Positions 39,801 through 54,800 of a stretch of DNA of 64,000 nt are shown here, piece by piece (position 1 is the first letter of the stretch; each line of letters begins with the position of its first letter). A program made the translations under genes and the position numbers. The notes beneath the pieces are model-generated. The model saw nothing but the letters and a program-made list of their open reading frames with translations. It had not been told where the DNA came from and did not search any database. The stretch lies in the NCBI GenBank assembly GCA_002189035.1, contig NEEC01000012.1:3341669-3405668 (forward strand), given 5' to 3'. This stretch comes from Utricularia gibba (lineage: Eukaryota > Plantae > Magnoliophyta).

Positions 39801-42800
39801 AAGTGATGAGTCACGCTGCGCCGGCATACCGTTTCGAACCCCTTTCCGTGCCGGTCAGCTTCCGTGTTGAAAGCATCTTCGTCCGAGGATGCATCAGAGC
39901 TCGAATTATCGCCTTATATTAGCCTTCAGATGTGCCACAAATTGGCCACCACGTTCGCGACGATGCGACTCGGAACACGAGAATCGACGCGATTGTGATT
40001 TTCGCTTGCAAAACATCTGCGTTTTATTGGGTGACGTGAAGTATGGGTTTTCGAGGCGATCTCTGAACAAGCTCTGGTGTGTTCCTACCCGCAGCCTCAT
40101 GGTGGCCTCGCACACCGTTCGGCATTTCGATATCCTGAAGTGATGAGTCACGCTGCGCCCGGCATACCGTTTCGAACCCCTTTCCGTGCCGGTCAGCTTC
40201 CGTGTTGAAAGCATCTTCGTCCGAGGATGCATCAGAGCTCGAATTATCGCCTTATATTAGCCTTCAGATGTGCCACAAATTGGCCACCACGTTCGCGACG
40301 ATCGGAACACGAGAATCGACGCGATTGTGAAAAAGATCAAGCGTCTGGGTGTGTCCCTACCCGCAGCCTCATGGTGGCCTCGCACACCGGTATTTCGGTT
40401 TCGATTCGTCGTCGATATCTTGAACAAGATCAACACCGATGAGTCACGCTGCGCCGGCATACCGTTTCGAACCCTTTCCGTGCCGGTCAGCTTCCGTGTT
40501 GAAAGCATCTTCGTCCGAGGATGCATCAGAGCTCGAATTATCGCCTTATATTAGCCTTCAGATGTGCCACAAATTGGCCACCACGTTCGCGACGATGCGT
40601 TTCGGAACACGAGAATCGACGCGATTGTGATTTTCGCTTGCAAAATCTGCGTTTTATTGGATGACGTGAAGTATGGGTTTTCGAGGCGATCTCTGAACAA
40701 GCTCTGGGTGTGTCCTACCCGCAGCCTCATGGTGGCCTCGCACACCGTTCGGTATTTCGATATCCTGAAAACCGTGATGAGTCACGCTGCGCCGGCATAC
40801 CGTTTCGAACCCCTTTCCGTGCCGGTCAGCTTCCGTGTTGAAAGCATCTTCGTCCGAGGATGCATCAGAGCTCGAATTATCGCCTTATATTAGCCTTCAG
40901 ATGTGCCACAAATTGGCCACCACGTTCGCGACGATGCGACTCGGAACCGTGATTGAGTCACGCGTGCGCTCTGGCCCTACCCGCAGCCTCATGGTGGCCT
41001 CGCACACCGTTCGGTATTCGTCGATATCCCCGTTTCACGTGCCGGTCAGCTTCCGTGTTGAAAGCATCTTCGTCCGAGGATGCATCAGAGCTCGAATTAT
41101 CGCCTTATATTAGCCTTCAGATGTGCCACAAATTGGCCACCACGTTCGCGACGATGCGACTCGGAACACGAGAATCGACGCGATTGTGATTTTCGGCAAA
41201 ACATCTGCGTTTTATTGGATGACGTGAAGTATGGGTTTTCGAGGCGATCTCTGAACAAGCTCTGGTGTGTCCTACCCGCAGCCTCATGGTGGCCTCGCAC
41301 ACCGTTCGGTATTTCGGTATAAAGATGAGTCACGCTGCGCCCGGCATACCGTTTCGAACCCTTTCCGTGCCGGTCAGCTTCCGTGTTGAAAGCATCTTCG
41401 TCCGAGGATGCATCAGAGCTCGAATTATCGCCTTATATTAGCCTTCAGATGTGCCACAAATTGGCCACCACGTTCGCGACGATGCGACTCGGAACACGAG
41501 AATCGACGCGATTGTGATTTTCGCTTGCAAAAATCTGCGTTTTATTGGGTGACGTGAAGTATGGGTTTTCGAGCGATCTCTGAACAGCTCCCTACCCGCA
41601 GCCTCATGGTGGCCTCGCACACCGTTCGGTTTCGGCGATATCTGAAGATCAAGATCGAGTGCACGGCTCGCGCCCGGCACAAATACCGTTTGCGAAACAC
41701 CCGCGATTTGAACGCGTGTTGAAAGTTCGATCTTCGTCCGCAGGATTCGCATTCCTGAAAGAGCATCGAATTATCGCCTTATATTCAGAGCCGAATTCAG
41801 AGATGTGCCACAAATTGGCCACCACGTTCGCGACGATGCGACTCGGAACACGAGAATCGACGCGATTGTGATTTTCGGCATCTGCGCCTTATAAAGATCT
41901 TGCGTTTGTATCATGGGCCTGCACGTGAAGTATGGGTTTTCGATGCGGTCATCTGGAACAAGCATCTCGGGTGTGTCCCTACACCGCGAGCCTCATGGCG
42001 ATTGGCCTTCGCGACGACCGTTCGGTATTTCGGCGATATCCTGAAAACCGTCGTGATGAGTCACGCTGCGCCGCATACCGTTTCGAACCCCTTTCCGTGC
42101 CGGTCAGCTTCCGTGTTGAAAGCATCTTCGTCCGAGGATGCATCAGAGCTCGAATTATCGCCTTATAGTAGCCTTCAGATGTGCCACAAATTGGCCACCA
42201 CGTTCGCGACGATGCGACTCGGAACACGAGAATCGACGCGATTGTGATTTTCGGCTTGCAAAACATCTGCGTTTTATTGGGTGATCGAGCTCGAAGCTTA
42301 TGGGTTTGGCCTCGCACGGCGATCTCATGAACATTAGCGTTTCTGGTGTGTCCTACCCGCAGCCTCATGGTGGCCTCGCACACCGTTCGGCATCTCGTCG
42401 ATATCCCCTTTCCGCAAATTCGTGATGAGTCACGCTGCGCCCGGCATACCGTTTCGAACCCCTTTCCGTGCCGGTCAGCTTCCGTGTTGAAAGCATCTTC
42501 GTCCGAGGATGCATCAGAGCTCGAATTATCGCCTTATATTAGCCTTCAGATGTGCCACAAATTGGCCACCACGTTCGCGACGATGCGACTCGGAACACGA
42601 GAATCGACGCGATTGTGATTTTCGCCTTGCAAAATCTGCGTTTTATTGGGTGACGTGAAGTATGGGTTTTCGAGGCGATCTCTGAACAAGCTCTATTGGC
42701 ATGGTACGTGAAGTGATGGCGCTTTTCGAACCCCTTTCCGTGCCGGTCAGCTTCCGTGTTGAAAGCTCTTCGTCCGAGGATGCATCAGAGCTCGAATTAT

Positions 42801-45800
42801 CGCCTTATATTAGCCTTCAGATGTGCCACAAATTGGCCACCACGTTCGGACGATGCGACTCGGAACACGAGAATCGACGCGATTGTGATTTTCGCCTTGC
42901 AAAACATCTGCGTTTTATTGGGTGACGTGAAGTATGGGTTTTCGAGGCGATCTCTGAACAAGCTCTGGTGTGTTCCTACCGCAGCCTCATGGTGGCCTCG
43001 CACACCGTTCGGCATTTCGGATATCCTGAAGTCACCGTGATGAGTCACGCTGCGCCCGGCCATGTGCCACACGTTCGCGACGATGCGAACACGAGAATCG
43101 ACGCGATTGTGATTTTCGCTTGCAAAAATCTGCGTTTTATTGGATGACGTGAAGTATGGGTTTTCGAGCGATCTCTGAACAAGCTCTGGGTGTGTCCTAC
43201 CGCAGCCTCATGGTGGCCTCGCACACCGTTCGGTTCGGCGATATCCTGAAATGATGAGTCACGCTGCGCCCGGCATACCGTTTCGAACCCCTTTCCGTGC
43301 CGGTCAGCTTCCGTGTTGAAAGCTCTTCGTCCGAGGATGCATCAGAGCTCGAATTATCGCCTTATATTAGCCTTCAGATGTGCCACAAATTGGCCACCAC
43401 GTTCGCGACGATGCGACTCGGAACACGAATCGACGCGATTGTGATTTTCGCCTTGCATATCTGCGTTTATTGGGTTCGACGTGAAGTATGAGGCTTTTCG
43501 AGTGCGATCTCATCGAACAAGCTCGTAGGTGTGTTCCCTACCGCAGCCTCATGGTGGCCTCGCACACCGTTCGGTATTTCGTCGATATCTGAAATGATGA
43601 GTCACGCTGCGCCCGGCATACCGTTTCGAACCCCTTTCCGTGCCGGTCAGCTTCCGTGTTGAAAGCATCTTCGTCCGAGGATGCATCAGAGCTCGAATTA
43701 TCGCCTTATATTAGCCTTCAGATGTGCCACAAATTGGCCACCACGTTCGCGACGATGCGACTCGGAACACGAGAATCGACGCGATTGTGATTTTCGCCTT
43801 GCAAAACATCTGCGTTTTATTGGGTGACGTGAAGTATGGGTTTTCGAGGCGATCTCTGAACAAGCTCTGGTGTGTCCTACCCGCAGCCTCATGGTGGCCT
43901 CGCACACCGTTCGGTATTCGGCGATATCCTGAAAATGATGAGTCACGCTGCGCCGGCATACCGTTTCGAACCCCTTTCCGTGCCGGTCAGCTTCCGTGTT
44001 GAAAGCATCTTCGTCCGAGGATGCATCAGAGCTCGAATTATCGCCTTATATTAGCCTTCAGATGTGCCACAAATTGGCCACCACGTTCGCGACGATGCGA
44101 CTCGGAACACGAGAATCGACGCGATTGTGATTTTCGGCTTGCAAAACATCTGCGTTTTATTGGATGACGTGAAGTATGGGTTTTCGAGGCGATCTCTGAA
44201 CAAGCTCTGGGTGTGTCCCTACCCGCAGCCTCATGGTGGCCTCGCACACCGTTCGGTATTTCGGTCGATATCCTGAAAACCGTGATGAGTCACGCTGCGC
44301 CCGGCATACCGTTTCGAACCCCTTTCCGTGCCGGTCAGCTTCCGTGTTGAAAGCATCTTCGTCCGAGGATGCATCAGAGCTCGAATTATCGCCTTATATT
44401 AGCCTTCAGATGTGCCACAAATTGGCCACCACGTTCGCGACGATGCGACTCGGAACACGAGAATCGACGCGATTGTGATTTTCGCTTGCAAAATCTGCGT
44501 TTTATTGGATGACGTGAAGTATGGGTTTTCGAGGCGATCTCTGAACAAGCTCTGGGTGTGTCCTACCCGCAGCCTCATGGTGGCCTCGCACACCGTTCGG
44601 TATTTCGATATCCTGAAAAGTGATGAGTCACGCTGCGCCGGCATACCGTTTCGAACCCTTTCCGTGCCGGTCAGCTTCCGTGTTGAAAGCTCTTCGTCCG
44701 AGGATGCATCAGAGCTCGAATTATCGCCTTATATTAGCCTTCAGATGTGCCACAAATTGGCCACCACGTTCGCGACGATGCGACTCGGAACACGAGAATC
44801 GACGCGATTGTGATTTTCGCCTTGCAAAACATCTGCGTTTTATTGGTGACGTGAAGTATGGGTTTTCGAGGCGATCTCTGAACAAGCTCTGGTGTGTTCC
44901 TACCCGCAGCCTCATGGTGGCCTCGCACACCGTTCGGTATTTCGGCGATATCTGAAAATGATGAGTCACGCTGCGCCGGCATACCGTTTCGAACCCCTTT
45001 CCGTGCCGGTCAGCTTCCGTGTTGAAAGCATTTCGTCCGAGGATGCATCAGAGCTCGAATTATCGCCTTATATTAGCCTTCAGATGTGCCACAAATTGGC
45101 CACCACGTTCGCGACGATGAGTTTCGGAACACGAGAATCGACGCGATTGTGATTTTCGCTTGCAAAACATCTGCGTTTTATTGGATGACGTGAAGTATGG
45201 GTTTTCGAGCGATCTCTGAACAAGCTCTGGGTGTGTCCTACCGCAGCCTCATGGTGGCCTCGCACACCGTTCGGTATTCGGCGATATCCTGAAATGAGCT
45301 GCGAGTTACGCCTGCGCCGGCATAGCCGTTTCGAGATGTGCCACAAATTGGCCACCACGTTCGCGACGATGCGACTCGGAACACGAGAATCGACGCGATT
45401 GTGATTTTCGGCTTGCAAAACATCTTCGTCCGAGGGATCACGTGAGCTTTTCGAGGCCTTATATCTGAACGCCTTCAGATGTGCCACAAATTGGCCACCA
45501 CCACGTGTCGCGACGACCCGAGCCACGAGAATCGGCCTACGCAGATTGGCCGTTCGGTATTCGTCGGCAATAACAAAACGTTGATTCACGCTGCGCCACG
45601 GCATACCGTTTCGAACCCCGTTCTCTGAACAAGCTCTGGTGTGTGCTCCCTACCCGCAGCCAAAGCATGCTTCGTCCGAGGTTCGGTCAGAGCTCGAATT
45701 ATCGCCTTATTTAGCCTTCAGATGTGCCACAAATTGGCCACCACGTTCGCGACGATGCGACTCGGAACACGAGAATCGACGCGATTGTGATTTTCGCCTT

Positions 45801-48800
45801 GCAAAACATCTGCGTTTTATTGGGTGACGTGAAGTATGGGTTTTCGAGGCGATCTCTGAACAAGCTCTAGGTGTGTTCCTACCCGCAGCCTCATGGTGGC
45901 CTCGCACACCGTTCGGTTTCCGATGCCGATACAGCTTCCGTGTTGAAAGCATCTTCGTCCGAGGATGCATCAGAGCTCGAATTATCGCCTTATCTTAGCC
46001 TTGGCAGACCGTTTCGAACCCCTTTCCGTGCGCGTCACTTGCGACTGTTGAACAGAGAATCGTCCGAGGATGCATCAGAGCTCGAATTATCGCCTTATAT
46101 TAGCCTTCAGATGTGCCACAAATTGGCCACCACGTTCGCGACGATGCGACTCGGAACACGAGAATCGACGCGATTGTGATTTTCGCTTGCAAACATCTGC
46201 GTTTTATTGGATGACGTGAAGTATGGGTTTTCGAGGCGAAGTCTCTATGGGTTTTCGAGGCGATCCTACCGAGCCTCATGCTCTGGCCTCGCCACACCAC
46301 CCGTTCGGTTCATCGGCGATATCCTCGCACGTGACCGCTCGGTATACCGTTCGATATCCTGAAAAGTGCCGGTCAGCTTCCGTGTTGAAAGCTCACGCTC
46401 GCGCCATACGTTTCGAGAGCTCGAATTTCGCCTTGTGCCCAGCTTCCGATGCCACAAATCGTCCGAGGATGTTCGCGAGATGCTCGACTCGATTATCGCC
46501 TTATATTAGCCTTCAGATGTGCCACAAATTGGCCACCACGTTCGACGATGCGACTCGGAACACGAGAATCGACGCGATTGTGATTTTCGCCTTGCAAAAG
46601 ATCTCTGCGTTTTATTGGTGACGTGACGTGAATATGGGTTTTTCGAGCGATCTCTGAACAAGCTCTGGGTGTGTCCTACCGCAGCCTCATGGTGGCCTCG
46701 CACACCGTTCGGTATTCGGCGATATCTGAAACCGTGATGAGTCACGCTGCGCCCAAAAAGATGTTCATCGAACGCCCCGTGCCATACCGTTTCGAACCCG
46801 TTGAAAGCCGTTCGAGCTCTCGAGGATGCATCTTCGTCCGAGGATGCATATTAGAGCTAATATTAGCCTTATATTAGCCTTCAGATGTGCCACAAATTGG
46901 CCACCACGTTCGCGACGATGCGACTCGGAACACGAGAATCGACGCGATTGTGATTTTCGCCTTGCAAAACATCTGATTGGGTGACGTTGGTGACGTATGG
47001 ATGTTTTTCGAGGCGATCTCTGAACAAGCTCTGGGTGTCCCTACCCGCAGCCTCATGGTGGCCTCGCACACCGTTCGGTATTTCGATATATCCTGAAAAC
47101 CGATGTCAGTCTGCGCCCGGCATCGGCCGTTTCGCGCCTTCCTTTCCGTGCCGGTCCGCTTCCGGTCAGCTCTCCGTCCGAGGATGCGGATCCGAGGATG
47201 CATCGAATTAGCCTCGAATATTAGCCTTATATTAGCCTTCAGATGTGCCACAAATTGGCCACCACGTTCGCGACGATGCGACTCGGAACACGAGAATCGA
47301 CGCGATTGTGATTTTCGCCTTGCAAAACATCTGCGTTTTATTGGGATGACGGCCTTGAAGTAACATCTGTTTTATTGGGTGACGTGATCTATGGGTTTTC
47401 AAGGCGATCTCTGAACAAGCCTCTGGTGTGTCACCCGTGGCCTCATGGTGGCCTACGCACACCGGTTCGGTATTTCGGGATATCCTGAAAACCGTGATGA
47501 GTCACGCTGCGCCCGGAACCCCTTTCCTGCCCCTTTCCGTGCCCATTCCGTGAAAGCTTCTTCGTCCGAGGATGCATCAGAGCTCGAATTATCGCCTTAT
47601 CTAGCCTTCAGATGTGCCACAAATTGGCCACCACGTTCGCGACGATGCGACTCGGAACACGAGAATCGACGCGATTGTGATTTTCGCCTTGCAAAACATC
47701 TGCGTGAAAACATCTGGATTGGACGTGACGTGAAGATGGGTTTTTCGAGGCGATCTCTGAACAAGCTCTGGGTGTGTCCCTACCCGCAGCCTCATGGTGG
47801 CCTCGCACACCGTTCGGTATTTCGGATATATCCTGAAAACCGTGATGAGTCACGCTGCGCCGGCATACCGTTTCGAACCCCTTTCCGTGCCGGTCAGCTT
47901 CCGTGTTGAAAGCATCTTCGTCCGAGGATGCATCAGAGAAATTATCGCCTTATCTTATTAGCCTTCAGATGTGCCACAAATTGGCCACCACGTTCGCGAC
48001 GATGCGACTCGGAACACGAGAATCGACGCGATTGTGATTTTCGCTTGCAAAAATCTGCGTTTTATTGGATGACGTGAAGTATGGGTTTTCGAGCGATCTC
48101 TGAACAAGCTCTGGGTGTGTCCCTACCCGCAGCCTCATGGTGGCCTCGCACACCGTTCGGTATTTCGGCCTGAAAACCGTGATCCGCTGAACCGTTTCGA
48201 ACCGTGAGCTGAGTCTTCGTCCGACGCTCGCGCCTTATATTAGCCTTCAGATGTGCACAAATTGGCCACCACGTTCGCGACGATGCGACTCGGAACACGA
48301 GAATCGACGCGATTGTGATTTTCGCTTGCAAAACATCTGCGTTTTATTGGATGACGTGAAGTATGGGTTTTCGAGCGATCTCTGAACAAGCTCTGGTGTG
48401 TCCCTACCCGCAGCCTCATGGTGGCCTCGCACACCGTTCGGTATTTCGATATCCTGAAAACCGTGATGAGTCACGCTGCGCCGGCATACCGTTTCGAACC
48501 CTTTCCGTGCCGGTCAGCTTCCGTGTTGAAAGCATCTTCGTCCGAGGATGCATCAAGCTCGAATTATCGCCTTATTTAGCCTTCAGATGTGCCACAAATT
48601 GGCCACCACGTTCGCGACGATGCGACTCGGAACACGAGAATCGACGCGATTGTGATTTTCGCTTGCAAAACATCTGCGTTTTATTGGGTGACGTGAAGTA
48701 TGGGTTTTCGAGCGATCTCTGAACAAGCTCTGGTGTGTCCTACCCGCAGCCTCATGGTGGCCTCGCACACCGTTCGGTAAGAAAATATGGGTTTTTCGAA

Positions 48801-51800
48801 CCCCTTTCCGGCGATCTCATCTTCGTCCGAGGATGCATCAGCTCTGGGTGTGTCCCTACCGACTCGCTCGACTCACGGTGGCCGACGATCGATTGTGACC
48901 GTTTTCGGTATTCGCGATATCTGAAATCATGATGCGTTTTATTGCTGACGTGAAGCATACCGGTTTTCGAGGCGATCTCTTGAACAAGCCGGTCAGCTTG
49001 TGTGTCCCTACCCGCAGCCTTCATCCGAGGACACCAGAGCATCGAATTATCGCCTTATCTTAGCCTTCAGATGTGCCACAAATTGGCCACCACGTTCGCG
49101 ACGATGCGACTCGGAACACGAGAATCGACGCGATTGTGATTTTCGGCACTGCTGCGATCTGGCATACCGTTGGAACCCCGTGAAGTATGGCCGTTTTCGA
49201 GGTCAGCTTCCGTGTTGAAAGCTCTTCGTCCGAGGATGCATCAGCTCTGGAATGTGTCCTACCGCAGCCTTAGCCTGGTGGATGTGCTCAACATTGGCCA
49301 CCACGTTCGCGTATTCGATGCGATATCGGAAAACACGACGCTGCGACCGGCGACCGTTGATCGCTTGCAAAACATCTGCGTTTTATTGGATGACGTGAAG
49401 TATGGGTTTTCGAGGCGATGCTCTGAACAAGCTCGTGGGTGTGTCCCTACCCGCAGCCTTCGTCCGAGTGATGCATCGCACCGTTCGGTATTTCGGCGAT
49501 ATTATTGCCTTCAGATGTGCCACAAATTGGCCACCACGTTCGCGACGATGCGACTCGGAACACGAGAATCGACGCGATTGTGATTTTCGCCGCAAAACCG
49601 TCTTCGAACCCCTTTCCGTGCCGGTGGGCTTCCGTTCGAGAAAGCATCTTCGTCCGAGGATGCATCAGAGCTCGAATTATCGCCTTATATTAGCCTTCCT
49701 ACCCGCAGCAAATTGGCCACCACGTTCGCGACGATGCGACTCGGAACATTCGAGAATCGACGCGATTGTGATTTTCGCCTTGCTGCGCCCATCTGCGTTT
49801 TATTTCCGTGCCGGTATGGGTTTTCGAGGCGATCTCTGAACAAGCTCTGGTGTGTTCCTACCCGCAGCCTCATGGTGGCCTCGCACACCGTTCGGTATTC
49901 GTCGATATCCTGAAATCATTAGCCTTCAGATGTGCCACAAATTGGCCACCACGTTCGCGACGATGAGCGCGGAACATACCGACGCGATTGTGAACCCTTT
50001 CGGTGCCAAAAGTCAGCTGCGTCCGTTTTTGAAAGCTCTTCGTCCGAGGATGCATCAGAGCTCGAATTATCGCCTTATATTAGCCTTCAGATGTCTGAAA
50101 TTGGCCACCACGTGGTCGCGACGATGCGCAGCCTCATGGTGGCCTCGCACACCGTTCGGTATTTCGGCGACGATCCTGATCGAACCGTGATTGTGATTTT
50201 CGGCTTGCGCCGGCATCTTTTTTTTCCGTGCCGTGAAGTATGGGTTTTCGAGGCGATCTCTGAACAAGCTCTGGGTGTGTCCCTACCCGCAGCCTCATGG
50301 TGGCCTCGCACACCGTTCGGTATTTCCGAGCATCATATCCTGAAAACCGTGATGAGTCACGCTTAGCCTTCAGATGTGCCACAAATTGGCCACCACGTTC
50401 GCGACGATGCGACTCGGAACACGAGAATCGACGCGATTGTGATTTTCGAACCCCTTTCCGTCTGCCGGTCAGCTTGGATGTTGAATGGGTTTTCGAGGCG
50501 ATCTCTGAACAAGCTCTGCTCTACCGTTTCGAACCCCTTTCCGTGCCGGTCAGCTTCCGTGTTGAAAGCATCTTCGTCCGAGGATGCATCAGAGCTCGAA
50601 TTATCGCCTTCAGATGTGCCACAAATTGGCCACCACGTTCGCGACGATGCGACTCGGAACACGAGAATCGACGCGATTGTGATTTTCGCAAAACATCTGC
50701 GTTTTATTGGGTGACAAATTGATATCCTGCGAACCCCTTTCCGTGCACCACATCAGTCGAATCCACCACGTTCGCGACGATGCGCGACGATGCGACTGCG
50801 CCGGCATACCGTTTCGAACCCTTTCCGTGAACACGAGTTCGCGACGATGCGAATTGTGATTTTCGAGGCGCGTCGATCCTGATGAGTCACGCTGTCAGAA
50901 AGCATTTTTATCGCCTTATATTAGCCTTCAGATGTGCCACAAATTGGCCACCACGTTCGCGACGATGCGACTCGGAACACGAGAATCGACGCGATTGTGA
51001 TTTTCCTTGCAAAACATCTGCGTTTTATCTGGGGTGGCCTCGCACACGTGACGTGAAGTATGGGTTTTCGAGGCGATCTCTGAACAAGCTCTGGTGTGTT
51101 CCTACCCGCAGCCGGCATATCCTGAAAACCGTCATGGTCTTCGTCCGAGGATGCATCAGGCGCCTTATTAGCCTTCAGATGTGCCACAAATCCACGTTCG
51201 CGACGATGCGACAGGCCGTTCGTCGATATCTGATTCGGCTTCCGAAAGCATATCTTATCGCCTATATTAGCCTTCAGATGTGCCACAAATTGGCCACCAC
51301 GTTCGCGACGATGCGACTCGGAACACGAGAATCGACGCGATTGTGATTTTCGCCTTGCAAAACATCTGCGTTTTATTGGTGACGTGAAGTATGGGTTTTC
51401 GAGGCGATCTCTGAACAAGCTCTGGTGTGTCCCTACCCGCAGCCTCATGGTGGCCTCGCACACCGTTCGGTACCCCTTTCCATCAGAGCTGCCGCGATTG
51501 TATGGGTTTTCAGTTCGGTATTTCTTCCGTGTTGAAAGCATCTTCGTCCGAGGATGCATCAGAGCTCGAATTATCGCCTTATATTAGCCTTCAGATGTGC
51601 CACAAATTGGCCACCACGTTCGCGACGATGCGACTCGGAACACGAGAATCGACGCGATTGTGATTTTCGCTTGCAAAACATCTGCGTTTTATTGGTGAAA
51701 ATCTGCGTTTTATTGGATGACGTGAAGTATGGGTTTTCGAGCGCCGGTCAGCTCTGAACAAGCTCTCGAATTATCGGTGTGTGCCACAAATGGCCTACCC

Positions 51801-54800
51801 GCAGCCTCATGGTGGCCTCGCACACCGTTCGGTATTTCGGCGATATCCTGAAAACCGTGATGAGTCACGCTGCGCCCGGCATACCGTTTCGAACCCCTTT
51901 CCGTGCCGGTCAGCTTCCGTGTTGAAAGCTCTTCGTCCGAGGATGCATCAGAGCTCGAATTATCGCCTTATATTAGCCTTCAGATGTGCCACAAATTGGC
52001 CACCACGTTCGCGACGATGCGACTCGGAACACGAGAATCGACGCGATTGTGATTTTCGCTTGCAAAACATCTGCGTTTTATGGGGTGACGAAAGTATGGG
52101 TTTCGAACCCCTTTCCGAGCGATCTCTGAACAAGCTCTGGGTGTGTCCCTACCGCAGCCTCATGGTGGCCTCGCACACCGTTCGGCTCTGGGTGTGTCCT
52201 ATTTCGGTATCCTGAAAACCGTGATGAGTCACGCTGCGCCGGCCTTATATACCGTTTCGAACCCCTTTCCGCGTTTTATTGGTGACGCCGGTCAGCTTCC
52301 GTGTTGAAAGCTTCGTCGATATCCGAGATGAGTCACGCTGCGCCGGCATACCGTTTCGAGAGCTCGAATTATCGCCTATATATTAGCTTCAGATGTGCCA
52401 CAAATTGGCCACCACGTTCGCGACGATGAGTTTCGCGATCGGAACACGAGAATCGACGCGATTGTGATTTTCGCTTGCAAAATCTGCGCGCCGGCATTTT
52501 TTTCCGATGACGTGTCCGGAGTATGGGTTTTTGGCCACCACGGCGCGACTCTCGACGCGATTGTGACAAGCTCTGGGTGTGTGTTCCTACCCGCGCACAC
52601 CGTTCTCATGGTGGCCTCGCGCACCCCCTTTCCGTCGGTATTTTCGCCGATCCTGAAAACCCTTCAGATGAGTCACGCGATGCGACTCGCCCGCATACCG
52701 TTTCGAACCCCTTTTCGTGCCGGTCAGCTTCCGTGTTGAAAGCATCTTCGTCCGAGGATGCATCAGAGCTCGAATTATCGCCTTATTTCAGATGTGCCAC
52801 AAATTGGCCATGTGCCACAAATTTTTCGGCCCACGTTCGCGACGATGTTTCGGAACACGAGAAAACGTCGACGCGATTGTGATTTTCGCCGAGGATTGCA
52901 AAACATCTGCGTTTTATTGGATGACGTGAAGTGGGTTTTCGAGGCGATCTCTGAACAAGCTCTGGGTGTTCCTACCGCAGCCTCCCTACACACCGCAGCC
53001 TGATGAGTGGCGCCGGCATACCTCGCACACCGTTCGGTAGGATGCATCAGAGCTATCCTCGAAAACCGTGATGAGTCACGCTGCGCCGGCATACCGTTTC
53101 GAACCCTTTCCGTGCCTGCGCCGGCATCCGTTTCGAACCCCTTCCGTGCATCTTCGTCCGAGGATGCATCAGAGCTCGAATTATCGCCTTATTTAGATGT
53201 GCCACAAATTAGCCTGCGACTCGATGTGCCACAAATTGGCCACCACGTTCGCGACGATGCGACTCGGAACACGAGAATCGACGCGATTGTTGGCCACCAC
53301 GTTCGCGACGATTCGCACGAGAATCAAAATCTGCGTTTGGATGACGTGAAGTATGGGTTTTCGAGGCGATCTCTGAACAAGCTCTGGGTGTGTCCCTACC
53401 CGCAGCCTCATGGTGGCCTCGCACACCGTTCGGTATTCGAATTATCGCCTTATATTAGCAGATGTGCCATTGGCCACCACGTTCGAATGCGACTCGGAAC
53501 ACGTCGACGCGATGTGATTTTCGCTCAAAACGCGTTTTATTGCGTGAAGTATGGGTTTTCCGGCAAGCTCTGGGTGTGTCCCTACCGCAGCCTCATGGTG
53601 GCGCAACCGTTCGGTATTTCGGCGATATCCTGAAAACCGTGATGAGTCACGGCGCCGGCATACCGTTTCGAACCCCTTTCCGCCGGTCAGCTTCCGTGTT
53701 GAAAGCAGGATGCATCAGAGCTCGAATTATCCGCCTTCAGATGTGCCACAAATTGGCCACCACGTTCACGAGCTCGAATTATCGCCTTGCAAAACATCTG
53801 CGTTTTATTGGGTGACGTGAAGTATGGGTTTTCGAGGCGATCTCTGAACAAGACCCGCAGCCTCATGGTGGCCTCGCACACCGTTCGGTATTCGGCGATA
53901 TGAAATGATGAGTCACGCTGCGCCCGGCATACCGTTTCGAACCCCTTTCCGTGCCGGTCAGCTTCCGTGTTGAAAGCTTCTTCGTCCGAGGATGCGAGCT
54001 CGAATTATCGATATTAGCACGGCCACCACGTTCGCGAATGCGACTCGGAACACGAGAATCGACGCGATTGTGATTTTCGGCCAAAACATTGCGTTTTATT
54101 GGATGACGTGAAGTATGGGTTTTCGAGCGATCTCTTCTGGGTGTGTCCCTATTGGTGGCCTCGCACGTGAAGTATGGGTTTTCGAGGCGATCTCTGAGGA
54201 TGCAAGCTCTGGCCTGTGTCCACAAATACCACGCAGCCTCATGGTGGCCTCGCACACCGTTCGAACAAGCTATTGGTGGCGCACACCGTTCGATTCGGCG
54301 ATATCCTGAAAACAAGATGAGTCACGTGCGCCCGGCATACCGTTTCGAACCCCTTTCCGTCCGGTCAGCTTCCGTGTTGAAAGCTCTTCGTCGCCAGAGC
54401 TCGAATTATCGCCTTATACCTTCAGTTGCCACAAATTGGCGACGATGCGACTCGGAACACGAGAATTTGTGATTTTCGCCTTGCAAAACATCTGCGTTTT
54501 ATTGGGTGACGTGAAGTATGGGTTTTCGAGGCGATCTCTGAACAAGCTCTGGTGTGTTTACCCGCAGCCTCATGGTGGCCTCGCACACCGTTCGGTTCGG
54601 CGATCTTGAAAACCGTGATGAGACGCTGCGCCCGGCATACCGTTTCGAACCCCTTTCCGTGCCGGTCAGCTTCCGAAAGCATTATCGCCTTATCGCCTTA
54701 TTTAGCCTTCAGATGTGCCACAAATTGGCCACCACGTTCGCGACGATGCGACTCGGAACACGAGAATCGACGCGATTGTGATTTTCGGCCAAAACATCTG

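Noticed and set aside
26680-51520. Short foreign-looking strings (e.g. 26680-26710, 35722-35760, 45565-45585, 46750-46785, 51480-51520) as insertions or transposon remnants
   Set aside because: All are under ~40 bp, are flanked by or resolvable into monomer fragments, and lack terminal repeats or target-site duplications.
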